Shown here piece by piece: positions 32,925 through 41,707 of a stretch of DNA of 45,910 nucleotides. The DNA lies in assembly GCA_039802145.1 (NCBI GenBank), contig JBDRWA010000001.1:1-45910 (forward strand). Direction: 5' to 3'. Positions within the stretch are counted from its first letter, which is position 1, and the number at the start of each line of letters is the position of its first letter. The notes under the pieces are model-generated. The model ran no database searches and had not been told where the DNA came from. It worked only from the letters and a program-made list of their open reading frames with translations. The position numbers and the translations under genes were made by a program. Source of the DNA: a candidate division WOR-3 bacterium (lineage in GTDB: Bacteria > Hydrothermota > Tepidihabitantia > SM23-42 > JAOAFX01).

Positions 32925-33953
32925 TTGATAAATAGAACAAAGATTTTATCAATCAGTTATTATGTGCCGGAGCAGGTTGTTAAGACGATTGACATAGAGA
33001 AAAAATTACAATTTAAAGAGCGGCTCGGCATGCCCTATGGTATCTTAACAAAAATGACAGGGTGCAAGGAACATCATGAGGCAAGGGGTAAATTTGATGC
33101 CTCAGATCTTGCTTTCCGTGCTGCACAGAAGGCAATAGAACAAGCAAAAATTAAACCTGAAGAAATTGACCTCGTTTTATTCTGTGCCTGTGACCATGAT
33201 ATAGATGAGCCCGCTACCGTTAATATTGTGGCGGAGAAATTGGGATTGAGAAAAGTCTCTGCATTTGATGTAAAGAATGCCTGCAATTCCTTTATCAACG
33301 GCCTGGATATTGCAGATGCGATGATAAAGAGCGGTAAAGCCAGAACAGTGCTCGTGACTACCGGGGAGGTTATAACTAACTGGGTTTGCTATGATATTAG
33401 GTCAAAGGATGAGCTCAAATATAAGGCAGCGGGATTGACCCTTGGGGATGGTGGAGCGGCAGCGATTGTTGTGCCGAGTAATACCGAGGAATGCGGAATT
33501 CTATATTCCTGTTTTGAAACCTTTGGCGAACACTGGCGGATTGCAACCGTTATGGCTGGTGGAACAATGTATCCAAGGTGCCCTGCTGATTCGGATTTAG
33601 ATGTCACCTATTTTCTTTCAGATAGCGAGAAGATCCTTGCCCTTGCCTTGGAAAAAATACCACCGGTGATGGAAAAGGTGATGAAAAAAGTGGGCTGGGA
33701 ACCCGATGATATTGACTTGGTAATCGGTCATCAGGTTACGATAAAAATAATGCGCGATATATTGAACAAAGTTAATATACCATTTGAAAAAACGGTGGTG
33801 ACTGTTGACCGTTATGGCAATACTGGTGCGGCGAGTATCCCAATAGCCTTGTGCACAGCACTTGAACAGGGAAGATTAAAATCAGGGATGAAGGTCTTAC
33901 TCGTTGGTGGGGCGAGTGGATTTTCTGCAGGTGTTATTGCGATGGTCTGGTAG
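32925..33953 (+). CDS. 3-oxoacyl-ACP synthase III (KAS III/FabH-like) family condensing enzyme
   Basis: I prefer the start at TTG 32925 (after GGAGG and downstream of the promoter) over the track start 32790, whose extra residues come from repeat DNA. Cys-His-Asn candidates are NACNSF, GHQVT and GNTGAASIP. Confidence 0.8.
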   Translation: MINRTKILSISYYVPEQVVKTIDIEKKLQFKERLGMPYGILTKMTGCKEHHEARGKFDASDLAFRAAQKAIEQAKIKPEEIDLVLFCACDHDIDEPATVNIVAEKLGLRKVSAFDVKNACNSFINGLDIADAMIKSGKARTVLVTTGEVITNWVCYDIRSKDELKYKAAGLTLGDGGAAAIVVPSNTEECGILYSCFETFGEHWRIATVMAGGTMYPRCPADSDLDVTYFLSDSEKILALALEKIPPVMEKVMKKVGWEPDDIDLVIGHQVTIKIMRDILNKVNIPFEKTVVTVDRYGNTGAASIPIALCTALEQGRLKSGMKVLLVGGASGFSAGVIAMVW

Positions 33954-35309
33954 GTTTATTTTTATTGATAGGCGATGGCTCCTTATCGTTGCTTGGCGCA
34001 GAAACAAATGGAAGGCAGTTGCCCAGAGAGTTGTAATAAAATTTTTTGTTGATAGAAGTGTTTTTAAAAATCTTTTAAATACTGAACACCAGTTATAGAT
34101 TTTTCTCACCACATATTTCCGAGCATTTTCGAGTTCATTAACAGTCATTCCCAGTGGGTGATAGGTTACTTCAGCGAATGTATAATGTTCCCAGTCTTCA
34201 GGATATCTTGTATAAATTATCCTTCCCTGATTGTATAATTCTTCATATAATTTTGTGCCCGGTAAAGGTGTGAGATAAGTTATCTGGATTGCATTGGCAT
34301 TACTTTTTATTATGTAATCTGTTCGTTCTTTGATTGTCTTCATTGTATCGGTATCCATACCAAACATAAACGCACCGATGACACCGATGCCATATTCATT
34401 GATTCTGCGGAAGATGATTTCCATTTTTTGATTACCAGTTTTAAGATTAAGTTTTTTGTTTATGCTCATCAAAGCCGGTTTATCCTGTGCTTCAATGCCA
34501 ATAAAGAGTAATTTGCACCCACTCTTTGCAGCGAGATTGAGTAATTCTTCATCTTCGCCAAATTTGATTGATGTCTGGCACCACCAGTCTTTTTTAATTT
34601 TCTGTTCAATCATTTCCCGACACAGGTCTTTTAATCTTTCTTTTGATGAAGTAGTATAACCGATTATATTATCATCTACAAAAAAGATTCTTTTTTGAGG
34701 TATTGCCTTTAATTCTTTTATAATATCATCAACCGGACGAAATCGTTGTCTTTTCCCATAGAATGCACTCACGGAGCAGAACTTACAATCCATAGGACAC
34801 CCACGACTTGTTTCAATTGAACAAAAGACATATTGACTTGAAAAGATTGCACGCTTTGGTATCGGCAATTTATTTAAATCAGCCGGCGTCCCCCGGTATA
34901 TCTTCTTTAAATTACCTTTTTCAAAATCGGCAATCAACTCCGGCCAGATATTTTCTGCCTCACCAATTACAATGCTGTCCGCATAATGGAGTGCCTCATC
35001 AGGACTTATTGTTATGTGAAATCCGCCCATTACCACCGGGATTTTTTTGCTCCGGAAGACTTGAGCAATTTCATAAGCCCGTGGCGCCGCAGCAGTAAAT
35101 GCCGTGATACCGACAAGGTCTGCTTCCTGATAACAGAAAGATGCAAAATTTTCATCAATCAGGGTTACTTTCCAATTATCCGGGGTCAGGGAGGCAATAA
35201 TACCCAATCCGAGGGGCTGAAATCTTGTTGCGCGGTTTGCAGTAAGACCAACACGATTTTTGTAAAATCGCTGATTTATCGGATTAATCAGAAGTAGGTG
35301 TCTTTTCAC
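33897..35309 (-). CDS. B12-binding-domain radical SAM protein (class B)
   Basis: 470 aa. N-terminal Rossmann-like B12-binding region (DLVGITAFTAAAPRAYEIAQVFRSKKIPVVMGGFH), then SRGCPMDCKFC (CxxxCxxC). The 3' end overlaps the KAS III gene by 57 nt on the opposite strand. Confidence 0.8.
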   Translation of the reverse strand: MKRHLLLINPINQRFYKNRVGLTANRATRFQPLGLGIIASLTPDNWKVTLIDENFASFCYQEADLVGITAFTAAAPRAYEIAQVFRSKKIPVVMGGFHITISPDEALHYADSIVIGEAENIWPELIADFEKGNLKKIYRGTPADLNKLPIPKRAIFSSQYVFCSIETSRGCPMDCKFCSVSAFYGKRQRFRPVDDIIKELKAIPQKRIFFVDDNIIGYTTSSKERLKDLCREMIEQKIKKDWWCQTSIKFGEDEELLNLAAKSGCKLLFIGIEAQDKPALMSINKKLNLKTGNQKMEIIFRRINEYGIGVIGAFMFGMDTDTMKTIKERTDYIIKSNANAIQITYLTPLPGTKLYEELYNQGRIIYTRYPEDWEHYTFAEVTYHPLGMTVNELENARKYVVRKIYNWCSVFKRFLKTLLSTKNFITTLWATAFHLFLRQATIRSHRLSIKINLPDHRNNTCRKSTRPTNE

Positions 35310-35315
35310 TAATAA

Positions 35316-35343
35316 ATTATAGTAATGTAAAAAACAAAGTCAA
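35316..35343 (-). promoter_or_regulatory. Sigma70-type promoter, leaderless geometry (TTGACT-16-TATAAT, 6 nt to GTG at 35309)
   Basis: Read on the reverse complement: -35 at 35343..35338, -10 at 35321..35316. Confidence 0.6.
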
Positions 35344-35384
35344 GGCAGAAGTCTGCTTTATTACAAGTATTATTGCGGACTTGC

Positions 35385-35412
35385 TTGACAAATCTGTCAT
35401 TTCGGTTATAAT
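35385..35412 (+). promoter_or_regulatory. Consensus sigma70 promoter (TTGACA-16-TATAAT) for the tRNA and downstream operon
   Basis: -35 at 35385..35390, -10 at 35407..35412. The tRNA 5' end lies 15 nt downstream. Confidence 0.7.
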
Positions 35413-35427
35413 AAACTATATTTATAA

Positions 35428-35500
35428 GGCGGCGTAGCTCAGTTGGCAGAGCAGGAGAATCATAATCTCTGTGTCGGGGGTTCGACTCCCTCCGCCGCTA
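35428..35500 (+). tRNA. tRNA with CAU anticodon (elongator Met, or Ile2 if lysidinylated); CCA not encoded
   Basis: Hand-folded cloverleaf. Acceptor GGCGGCG/CGCCGCT (G1-U72 wobble), U8, D arm GCTC-AGTTGGCA-GAGC, anticodon arm GGAGA-ATCATAA-TCTCT, T arm GGGGG-TTCGACT-CCCTC, discriminator A. It lacks the three G-C pairs and the 1-72 mismatch of an initiator. Confidence 0.9.
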
Positions 35501-35508
35501 TATAAGTT

Positions 35509-38500
35509 ATGGCGTCAATCAAAGAATATCTGAAAGAGACTAACAATTTAAATAAGAGGGTTGAAATTATAACCGAATTTTTGAATAATTCAATTCTTGA
35601 GTTAAATGAACTCATAACTCTTTTAGAAAGTATATTTGACTCATTAAGACGAGCTAATAACTTAATAAATTTTTTAAAAAATTACGCACTGAGTTTTAAA
35701 ACACAAATAGCAAAATTTAGCAATGATTTAGTAGAAGTAGAAAAGAAGATTACATTCTATCAAAATTACCTTGTAGAAATAGAACAACTTATTAGAGAAA
35801 CCAAAGAGATAACAAACAATATAGAGGAAAATGCACATTCTTTTATAAAATTTACGCGGATGATTTCATATCTTGCTGAAAATATTGAAGTGAAGGCATA
35901 CCAGGCAAAAGACGAAGGTAAGGGGCTGGCAATTATCGCCCGAGAGGCATTCAAAATAGCACGTTCATCACAATTATTGTTTCAGCACTTTGATGATTTA
36001 CTTGATATTATAAGAAAAAATGTTGAACCTTTCTCAACAGAAATTGATAACACAATAAAAGATGCCGAAGTTTCTCTAAATAGTTTAATAAATTTGCTTA
36101 CCTCATTAAAGGCGGTCAGTGATTTATTAGAATCGCTACAAAATTTTATTCACGCTATAGAAACCGGAAGCGAAATTTTTTCTGAGATAGAGACGAAGAT
36201 AAATGTACAGGTTGATGGAATAAATAAACAACTGACCGCTTCCCTAAATACGGTGGATGAGATTTCACTGCGGGGTTCCGAGATTTACAATCTCTCTCAG
36301 ATTCTGTATGAACTTTACAGTGTTGTCAGCAGTCCTCGATATGGTCGTGAGAATCCTTATTTATTAGAACAATTTAAGTACCTGATAGATGAAAATATAC
36401 GCATTTTGAAGAAAATAAATATAGGAGTACGCCCTACATTATTATCTTCCGAACTCGTTAATGATTTAAATTATATTACTAAACAAATTAATACACTATA
36501 TGAAATAATTGTGAAGGGCAAGGGAGAAGTTGAAAACTTGGGTATTATAATGGATAAAGTTTCAGTTATAAGATTAGATGTAAACCAAATTTTTTCTACC
36601 CAGGGTATAATTGTTGAAAAGATTAAAGATTTCAAGAATATCTTGGGTGACCAGTTATTGATTATTGAGAGTCTTACTCAGGTCGGTTCAAAAATTATTG
36701 ATAAGCTTAAAACACTTTCTATTTTCTCTCGTCTTGAGCAGAGTCACAGCGTAGAATATAAAGATCTGATCACGCCGATTATAGATGAATTCAGGAATCT
36801 ATCAAATGGCATAAATCTGTCCTTCAGCGCTTTAGAGGACGGCGTTAGCAATTTAAGAAAAATTCTGAACAAATTGGGTGTGTTGGTTATAAAGAAAGAA
36901 GTTGTTCAATTAAATCTGCCTGATTTTTCGCGCATTAAAATATTTTATGATGATGTCGTTAGAGTATTTGAAAATTGTTTCTCAAATATAAAGAGTTTAA
37001 GAAATTTTATTGGGAGATTGGATAAAGCAAACTTCTTACTACATCAGCACTGGATTGTTTATGAAGAGGCATTGAGAGAAATTTTGAATTTTTCCGTATT
37101 ACTACAAAAATTTGTGCCGCAAAAATTTCCTGCGCCCTCAATATCTAAAACGCGGAGTATTTTGAAAATAAATTTGTTTAATGATCCAGTAACACTGAAA
37201 CCTGATTTAAAAACTGATGCAACATCGCAACAGGTAATTGTAAATTATTCTGCTGGATTATTTCAGTTTGGGTTTGGAACAGCTGTTATTCTAGGCCTTT
37301 GCGATGATTACTCAATCTCTGAGGATGGCAGGATTTATACATTTCATATCAGGGATAATTTGAAATATTCAAATGGCCGGAAATTACAGATCGGAGACAT
37401 AAAAGCAGGGATTCTGAAGGGGCTGAGTGGACCTAATCATAATTTGCTGGAGATGATTTTCGGTGCTAAAGATTTTTTAAATTCCCGGGACCCATATTCA
37501 CTCTGGGTTAAAGAGATTGATCAACATAGGATTCAGGTTAAACTTGATTATCCTTATCTGCCATTCCTTGCCAATTTTGCAACCAATGTCGCTGACCCAT
37601 ACATTGATGAAGACCCACCTGTGGGAATGGGTCCGTTCAAAATTTTAAACTGGGAACGCGGTAAAGAAATTATTCTGGAGGCTAACAATTTTTATTTTGA
37701 AGGAAGACCTCAAATTGATATTCTCAAATTTATTATTACAGTAGACGAGGATTATGGATATGAATTATTTAAGAGTGGAGAGTTGTCGATCTATCAACCT
37801 GGTCAAAAGTCACTTAGAAAAATAAAACAGGAATTCCCGGAATTATTGATTATGACACCTGAATTATCAGTTCAGTTCCTCTGTTTTCACTGTCAGAAGT
37901 CACCATTTAATAATAAACTTGTTCGTAAAGCGATTTACTATGGTATAAATGTAGAAAAATTAGTCTCTGATTTGTTGAGTGATATAGCAATTCCAGCCAA
38001 GGGTATATTCCCGCCTTCATTACCTATGTATAATAGAAAACTTGTTGGATACAAATACGATCCACACAGAAGTGTGGAACTATTAAGTCAAGCAGGATTT
38101 CAGGGCGGTTTGCCTGATATATATCCGTTGACAGTGAGTGATACACCAATGTCTATTAAGAGGGCAGAATTTATTAAATCAAATCTTAATGAGATTGGAA
38201 TAAAGATTGAGATAAATCCATTACCCTGGCACGAATTCTTAGAGAAATGTTACCAGGGCAATTTTTTACTTTGCTTACAGGGATGGATTAGCGATACTGG
38301 TGACCCGGATAATTTTCTATATCCCTTGTTTCATACGAATTCTTTTGGCTATGCTGGCAATACATTCTTTTTTTCCAACAATGAGATTGATAAAATGATT
38401 GAAAATGCGAGGCAGATTAGAAATATAAGACAACGTTACAACTATTATCAGTTGATAGAAGAAAAGATATTAGATGAGGCACCGGGTGTTTTTCTTTTTC

Positions 38501-38655
38501 ACTCTTTAAAAAATGTTGTAGTAAAGAAAGATGTGCGTGGTTTTAAATCACATCCTTTAAGCATATTAAGGTTAAAATACACGCAGAAAATTATGGAAGT
38601 AGCAAATAATGAAATTTTATCAGAAATGATTGCTTCTCAGTGTATTACCGTTTAG
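35509..38655 (+). CDS. Signal-less fusion protein: N-terminal chemoreceptor (MCP signalling tip)-like helical domain + long helical linker + C-terminal family-5 solute-binding domain
   Basis: 1048 aa. Residues 122-154, LAENIEVKAYQAKDEGKGLAIIAREAFKIARSS, align to the MCP hairpin-tip consensus [33 protein letters not shown]. From about residue 555 onward the protein looks like a peptide/nickel-type SBP5 (...GPFKILNWERGKEIILEANNFYFEGRP...GWISDTGDPDNFLYPLFH...). No N-terminal hydrophobic segment and no TM helices seen. Confidence 0.6.
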   Translation: MASIKEYLKETNNLNKRVEIITEFLNNSILELNELITLLESIFDSLRRANNLINFLKNYALSFKTQIAKFSNDLVEVEKKITFYQNYLVEIEQLIRETKEITNNIEENAHSFIKFTRMISYLAENIEVKAYQAKDEGKGLAIIAREAFKIARSSQLLFQHFDDLLDIIRKNVEPFSTEIDNTIKDAEVSLNSLINLLTSLKAVSDLLESLQNFIHAIETGSEIFSEIETKINVQVDGINKQLTASLNTVDEISLRGSEIYNLSQILYELYSVVSSPRYGRENPYLLEQFKYLIDENIRILKKINIGVRPTLLSSELVNDLNYITKQINTLYEIIVKGKGEVENLGIIMDKVSVIRLDVNQIFSTQGIIVEKIKDFKNILGDQLLIIESLTQVGSKIIDKLKTLSIFSRLEQSHSVEYKDLITPIIDEFRNLSNGINLSFSALEDGVSNLRKILNKLGVLVIKKEVVQLNLPDFSRIKIFYDDVVRVFENCFSNIKSLRNFIGRLDKANFLLHQHWIVYEEALREILNFSVLLQKFVPQKFPAPSISKTRSILKINLFNDPVTLKPDLKTDATSQQVIVNYSAGLFQFGFGTAVILGLCDDYSISEDGRIYTFHIRDNLKYSNGRKLQIGDIKAGILKGLSGPNHNLLEMIFGAKDFLNSRDPYSLWVKEIDQHRIQVKLDYPYLPFLANFATNVADPYIDEDPPVGMGPFKILNWERGKEIILEANNFYFEGRPQIDILKFIITVDEDYGYELFKSGELSIYQPGQKSLRKIKQEFPELLIMTPELSVQFLCFHCQKSPFNNKLVRKAIYYGINVEKLVSDLLSDIAIPAKGIFPPSLPMYNRKLVGYKYDPHRSVELLSQAGFQGGLPDIYPLTVSDTPMSIKRAEFIKSNLNEIGIKIEINPLPWHEFLEKCYQGNFLLCLQGWISDTGDPDNFLYPLFHTNSFGYAGNTFFFSNNEIDKMIENARQIRNIRQRYNYYQLIEEKILDEAPGVFLFHSLKNVVVKKDVRGFKSHPLSILRLKYTQKIMEVANNEILSEMIASQCITV

Positions 38656-38665
38656 AGGGGGTAAT

Positions 38666-40846
38666 ATGGCAAAAAAGGAAGATATTGATATCCTTGCTGA
38701 CTTAGAGGAAAAACTCGGTCAGCTTGAGAAAGTTGAAAAAGATTTGGCAGCAAAAACCAAGGAATTAAAATCCGCTGAAGAAAAACTTGCCGAAACGTAT
38801 TCTACACAGATGGAGTTGACTAGTGAAGTTGAGGAATTAAAAAAGACAATTCAGGATTTGAAGAGAGAGGAAAAGGCACTGCGAGAGGCTCTGAAGACTG
38901 CTGAAAAAGACAGCCAGAAATTAGGGACACTCCAGCGTGAGGTCGGAGAACTTGCTTCAGAAAAGGATAAATTTGAAACGAAGATAAAAGAATTAAAGTC
39001 AGAATGTGATAAATTAAATAATGAGCGTAATAAGCTTGAAGAAACCATTGAAAAGTTGAAAACACGGCAAGAAGAATTGACTGCGAAGTGTGGAGAGATT
39101 GAATCAAGATATGCTGAATTGGAGAATGCATACCATAATCAAGAAAAATCTCACAATGAGATTAAATTGAGAACAGAGGAGTTGAAGAATGAATATCAAA
39201 GTGTTGAGCAGACCTTAAGGGCTGCGCTTTCTGACTTGAGGGCGACGGAGAAAGATCTGAAAATAATGAATGAAGAGCGTAATGCCTTGAATAAGGAATT
39301 AGGCGCTTTGAAGAAAAATTTAGAAAAAGATGAGGCACGCCATCAAAAGATATTAAGCGAAGTGCAATCATTAACCGAGGAAAAAAATAGATTACATAAA
39401 ACAATTGAAGAATTTAAGAGTGAAGAAAAGGAGTTGGCCGAGCGTTTGGAAGAAATAAGAAAAACATTTGAAGTTGAGAGTGATGAGCTGGGGAAATTAC
39501 AGAAAGAAGTGGCAGAATTACAAGATATGAGAGAAAAATTATACAAAGAGAATGAAGAACTTGCAAATTTGAAAAAAGAGCATGATGCACTCGTTCAGAA
39601 AATTTCAGAATTAAAAAAGGAAGAAGGAGAACTTGTATCCAATATTTCTAATTACCAATTAGAATATAGCACACTTGAAGCGTCATTCAACGAACTGGAT
39701 AAAAAATATAAAAAAGAAGAAAAAGAAGAAAGCGAATTGCAGAAAAATATTGAAAAGATGAAAAAAGAACAGGAAGAATTACATAAGATTGTTGATAAAT
39801 TACGCAAGGAGCAAAAAGAACTTGATCCAATTGTTGCAGAACTCAAGGAAAAAGAGAAAGAATTGCGAAAGATTGAGCCTGAATATAAAAAGACAAAGGA
39901 AGAACATACTCGTCTTAAGGAAGAGGCACAGGAGTTAGGTAAGTCTATTGAACTTGCCAAAAAACGGATTGAGGAACTTGAGCCCCAGGTTGCCAAATAT
40001 GAAGAAATGGACAAGGAGTACAAAAAGAAAAAAGAGGAACTTGAAAAGGTTGAAGCACAATTGCACAAGAGTGAAGACAAGATAAAACATATTGAAGAAG
40101 AGTATGAAAGGATAACAGCTGAATTGCCCAAATTGCGTGATGAATATGAGGAATTGCAACTGGCAATTGAAGAGAATGAAAAGATTAAACAGTTATTGGA
40201 GACGAGAAAGAAAGAACTGGCAATGGTTGAGGATAAGATTACAGACCAGCGTAAGGAACTCTCCACACTTAATGATAAACTTGAGATTTTAAAGAAAGAA
40301 GAGGCAAAGGCTGTAGAAGATTTAAACAAAGAAACAAAAGAATTATTGAGGGAAAGGGATAAGTATAAGGATGAAATTGAGAAGCTGTCAGGGCATAGAA
40401 AAGAGATGGAGGACAAAATTAATGATTTAAAAATTCTCCTTTCGGAAACCGAAGGGAAGATTGAAAAAGCAAGGGCAGTTGAGGCGAATATGATTGCGAA
40501 AATTGAAAAAAGGCGTGAAGAACTGGTGAAGATTAATGATGAAATAGAGCAGAGCAAGATGAAGATTAAGAAGGAATGCGAGGAGGAGTTGAAAAGAGCA
40601 GAATTAGCAAGAGAAGAGATTAAAGAACTTGAGACCAAGAAAAAGGAAGCAGCGATAATTATTGCCAAGGCTGAGGAATTTAAAAAGTCAATTGTTAAAT
40701 TAAAGGAGGAAAAAGACGAACTTGAGAAAACGATTGCTGAAAAGACAAAAGAATTGGAAAAGATTAAAATATTTATCGCCCGACTCAAGGAGGCACAACC
40801 CACCAAATCTAAAGAAGGGGATAAAAAACAGGACATTTCCTTTTGA
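38666..40846 (+). CDS. 726-aa all-coiled-coil, K/E-rich protein (cytoskeletal/scaffold-like, no globular or NTPase domain seen)
   Basis: I prefer the start at ATG 38666 (GAGGGGG SD) over the track start 38630, which overlaps the upstream gene. Heptad-like charged sequence is continuous from end to end. No Walker motif, TM segment or signal peptide. Confidence 0.75.
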   Translation: MAKKEDIDILADLEEKLGQLEKVEKDLAAKTKELKSAEEKLAETYSTQMELTSEVEELKKTIQDLKREEKALREALKTAEKDSQKLGTLQREVGELASEKDKFETKIKELKSECDKLNNERNKLEETIEKLKTRQEELTAKCGEIESRYAELENAYHNQEKSHNEIKLRTEELKNEYQSVEQTLRAALSDLRATEKDLKIMNEERNALNKELGALKKNLEKDEARHQKILSEVQSLTEEKNRLHKTIEEFKSEEKELAERLEEIRKTFEVESDELGKLQKEVAELQDMREKLYKENEELANLKKEHDALVQKISELKKEEGELVSNISNYQLEYSTLEASFNELDKKYKKEEKEESELQKNIEKMKKEQEELHKIVDKLRKEQKELDPIVAELKEKEKELRKIEPEYKKTKEEHTRLKEEAQELGKSIELAKKRIEELEPQVAKYEEMDKEYKKKKEELEKVEAQLHKSEDKIKHIEEEYERITAELPKLRDEYEELQLAIEENEKIKQLLETRKKELAMVEDKITDQRKELSTLNDKLEILKKEEAKAVEDLNKETKELLRERDKYKDEIEKLSGHRKEMEDKINDLKILLSETEGKIEKARAVEANMIAKIEKRREELVKINDEIEQSKMKIKKECEEELKRAELAREEIKELETKKKEAAIIIAKAEEFKKSIVKLKEEKDELEKTIAEKTKELEKIKIFIARLKEAQPTKSKEGDKKQDISF

Positions 40847-40867
40847 GAATTTGAATGAAATAAAATA

Positions 40868-41698
40868 ATGAGTATTATTTTCTTAATTATTGGTACGGTT
40901 TTTTATTCTTTGAGTTATTCTGTTTTTCTTATTCCTCATAACATTGTTCCGGGTGGCATTTCGGGATTAGCAATGGTATTACATATCCTTTTTAAAACCC
41001 CGGTTGGTATTATGGTAATTCTATTCAATATTCCTTTATTTATATTTGCCATCAGAATTTTAGGTTTTTCCCTTGGTGCTAAATCCGTGATTACAATAAT
41101 TGTGACTAATCTATTGATTGATTTTCTAATTTATACAATTAAAATTCCCACACCAACCGGCAATATCATTCTCGCTTCAATATATGGTGGAGTGATGCTG
41201 GGAATCGGTCTGGGTTTGATATTCCGGGGAGGTGCAAATACCGGTGGAACTGATATTATAGGGCAGATATTGAATCGTTTTACAAATTTCTCAGTTGGAA
41301 TCTGGATATTGATTGTGGATACAATAATAATAACCCTGGCGGGCGTTGTAACAACTTCAATAGAACATGCTCTCCTTGGTTATCTTGCACTTTTCCTTTC
41401 TACCAGAGTTATCGATCTGATACTTGAGGGCATAGACTACGCACGTGCTGCATTTGTCATAAGCGAACAAACAGACAAAATTATTGAAGGAATTTATCAA
41501 AAATTAGGCCGGGGCATTACCATCCTTGATGGTTTTTCACCATATACAAAGACGAAAAGGCCGGTTATTATGTGTGTAATTACCAAAATGGAAACTGAAA
41601 ATTTTAAGAGACTGGTAAAGGATATTGATGAAAATGCATTTGTGATATTGACTGATGTATTTGAAGTGCTCGGTCAAGGTTTTAGACCCCGGGTGTAG
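40868..41698 (+). CDS. YitT-family membrane protein with C-terminal DUF2179-like domain
   Basis: 276 aa. Five or six TM helices with the GGxSG motif (VPGGISGLAMVL, GGANTGGTDI), then a soluble C-terminal domain (...ITILDGFSPYTKTKRPVIMCVITKMETENFKRLVKDIDENAFVILTDVFEVLGQGF). Confidence 0.8.
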   Translation: MSIIFLIIGTVFYSLSYSVFLIPHNIVPGGISGLAMVLHILFKTPVGIMVILFNIPLFIFAIRILGFSLGAKSVITIIVTNLLIDFLIYTIKIPTPTGNIILASIYGGVMLGIGLGLIFRGGANTGGTDIIGQILNRFTNFSVGIWILIVDTIIITLAGVVTTSIEHALLGYLALFLSTRVIDLILEGIDYARAAFVISEQTDKIIEGIYQKLGRGITILDGFSPYTKTKRPVIMCVITKMETENFKRLVKDIDENAFVILTDVFEVLGQGFRPRV

Positions 41699-41707
41699 AA
41701 AATTAAT

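Noticed and set aside
39652-40836. 394-aa minus-strand ORF, extremely S/F/L-rich, opposite the coiled-coil gene
   Set aside because: It is a mirror artefact. The plus strand is GAA/AAG-rich (Glu/Lys codons), so the complement is stop-poor TTC/CTT. It has no start context and no domain, and it lies fully within a much better ORF.
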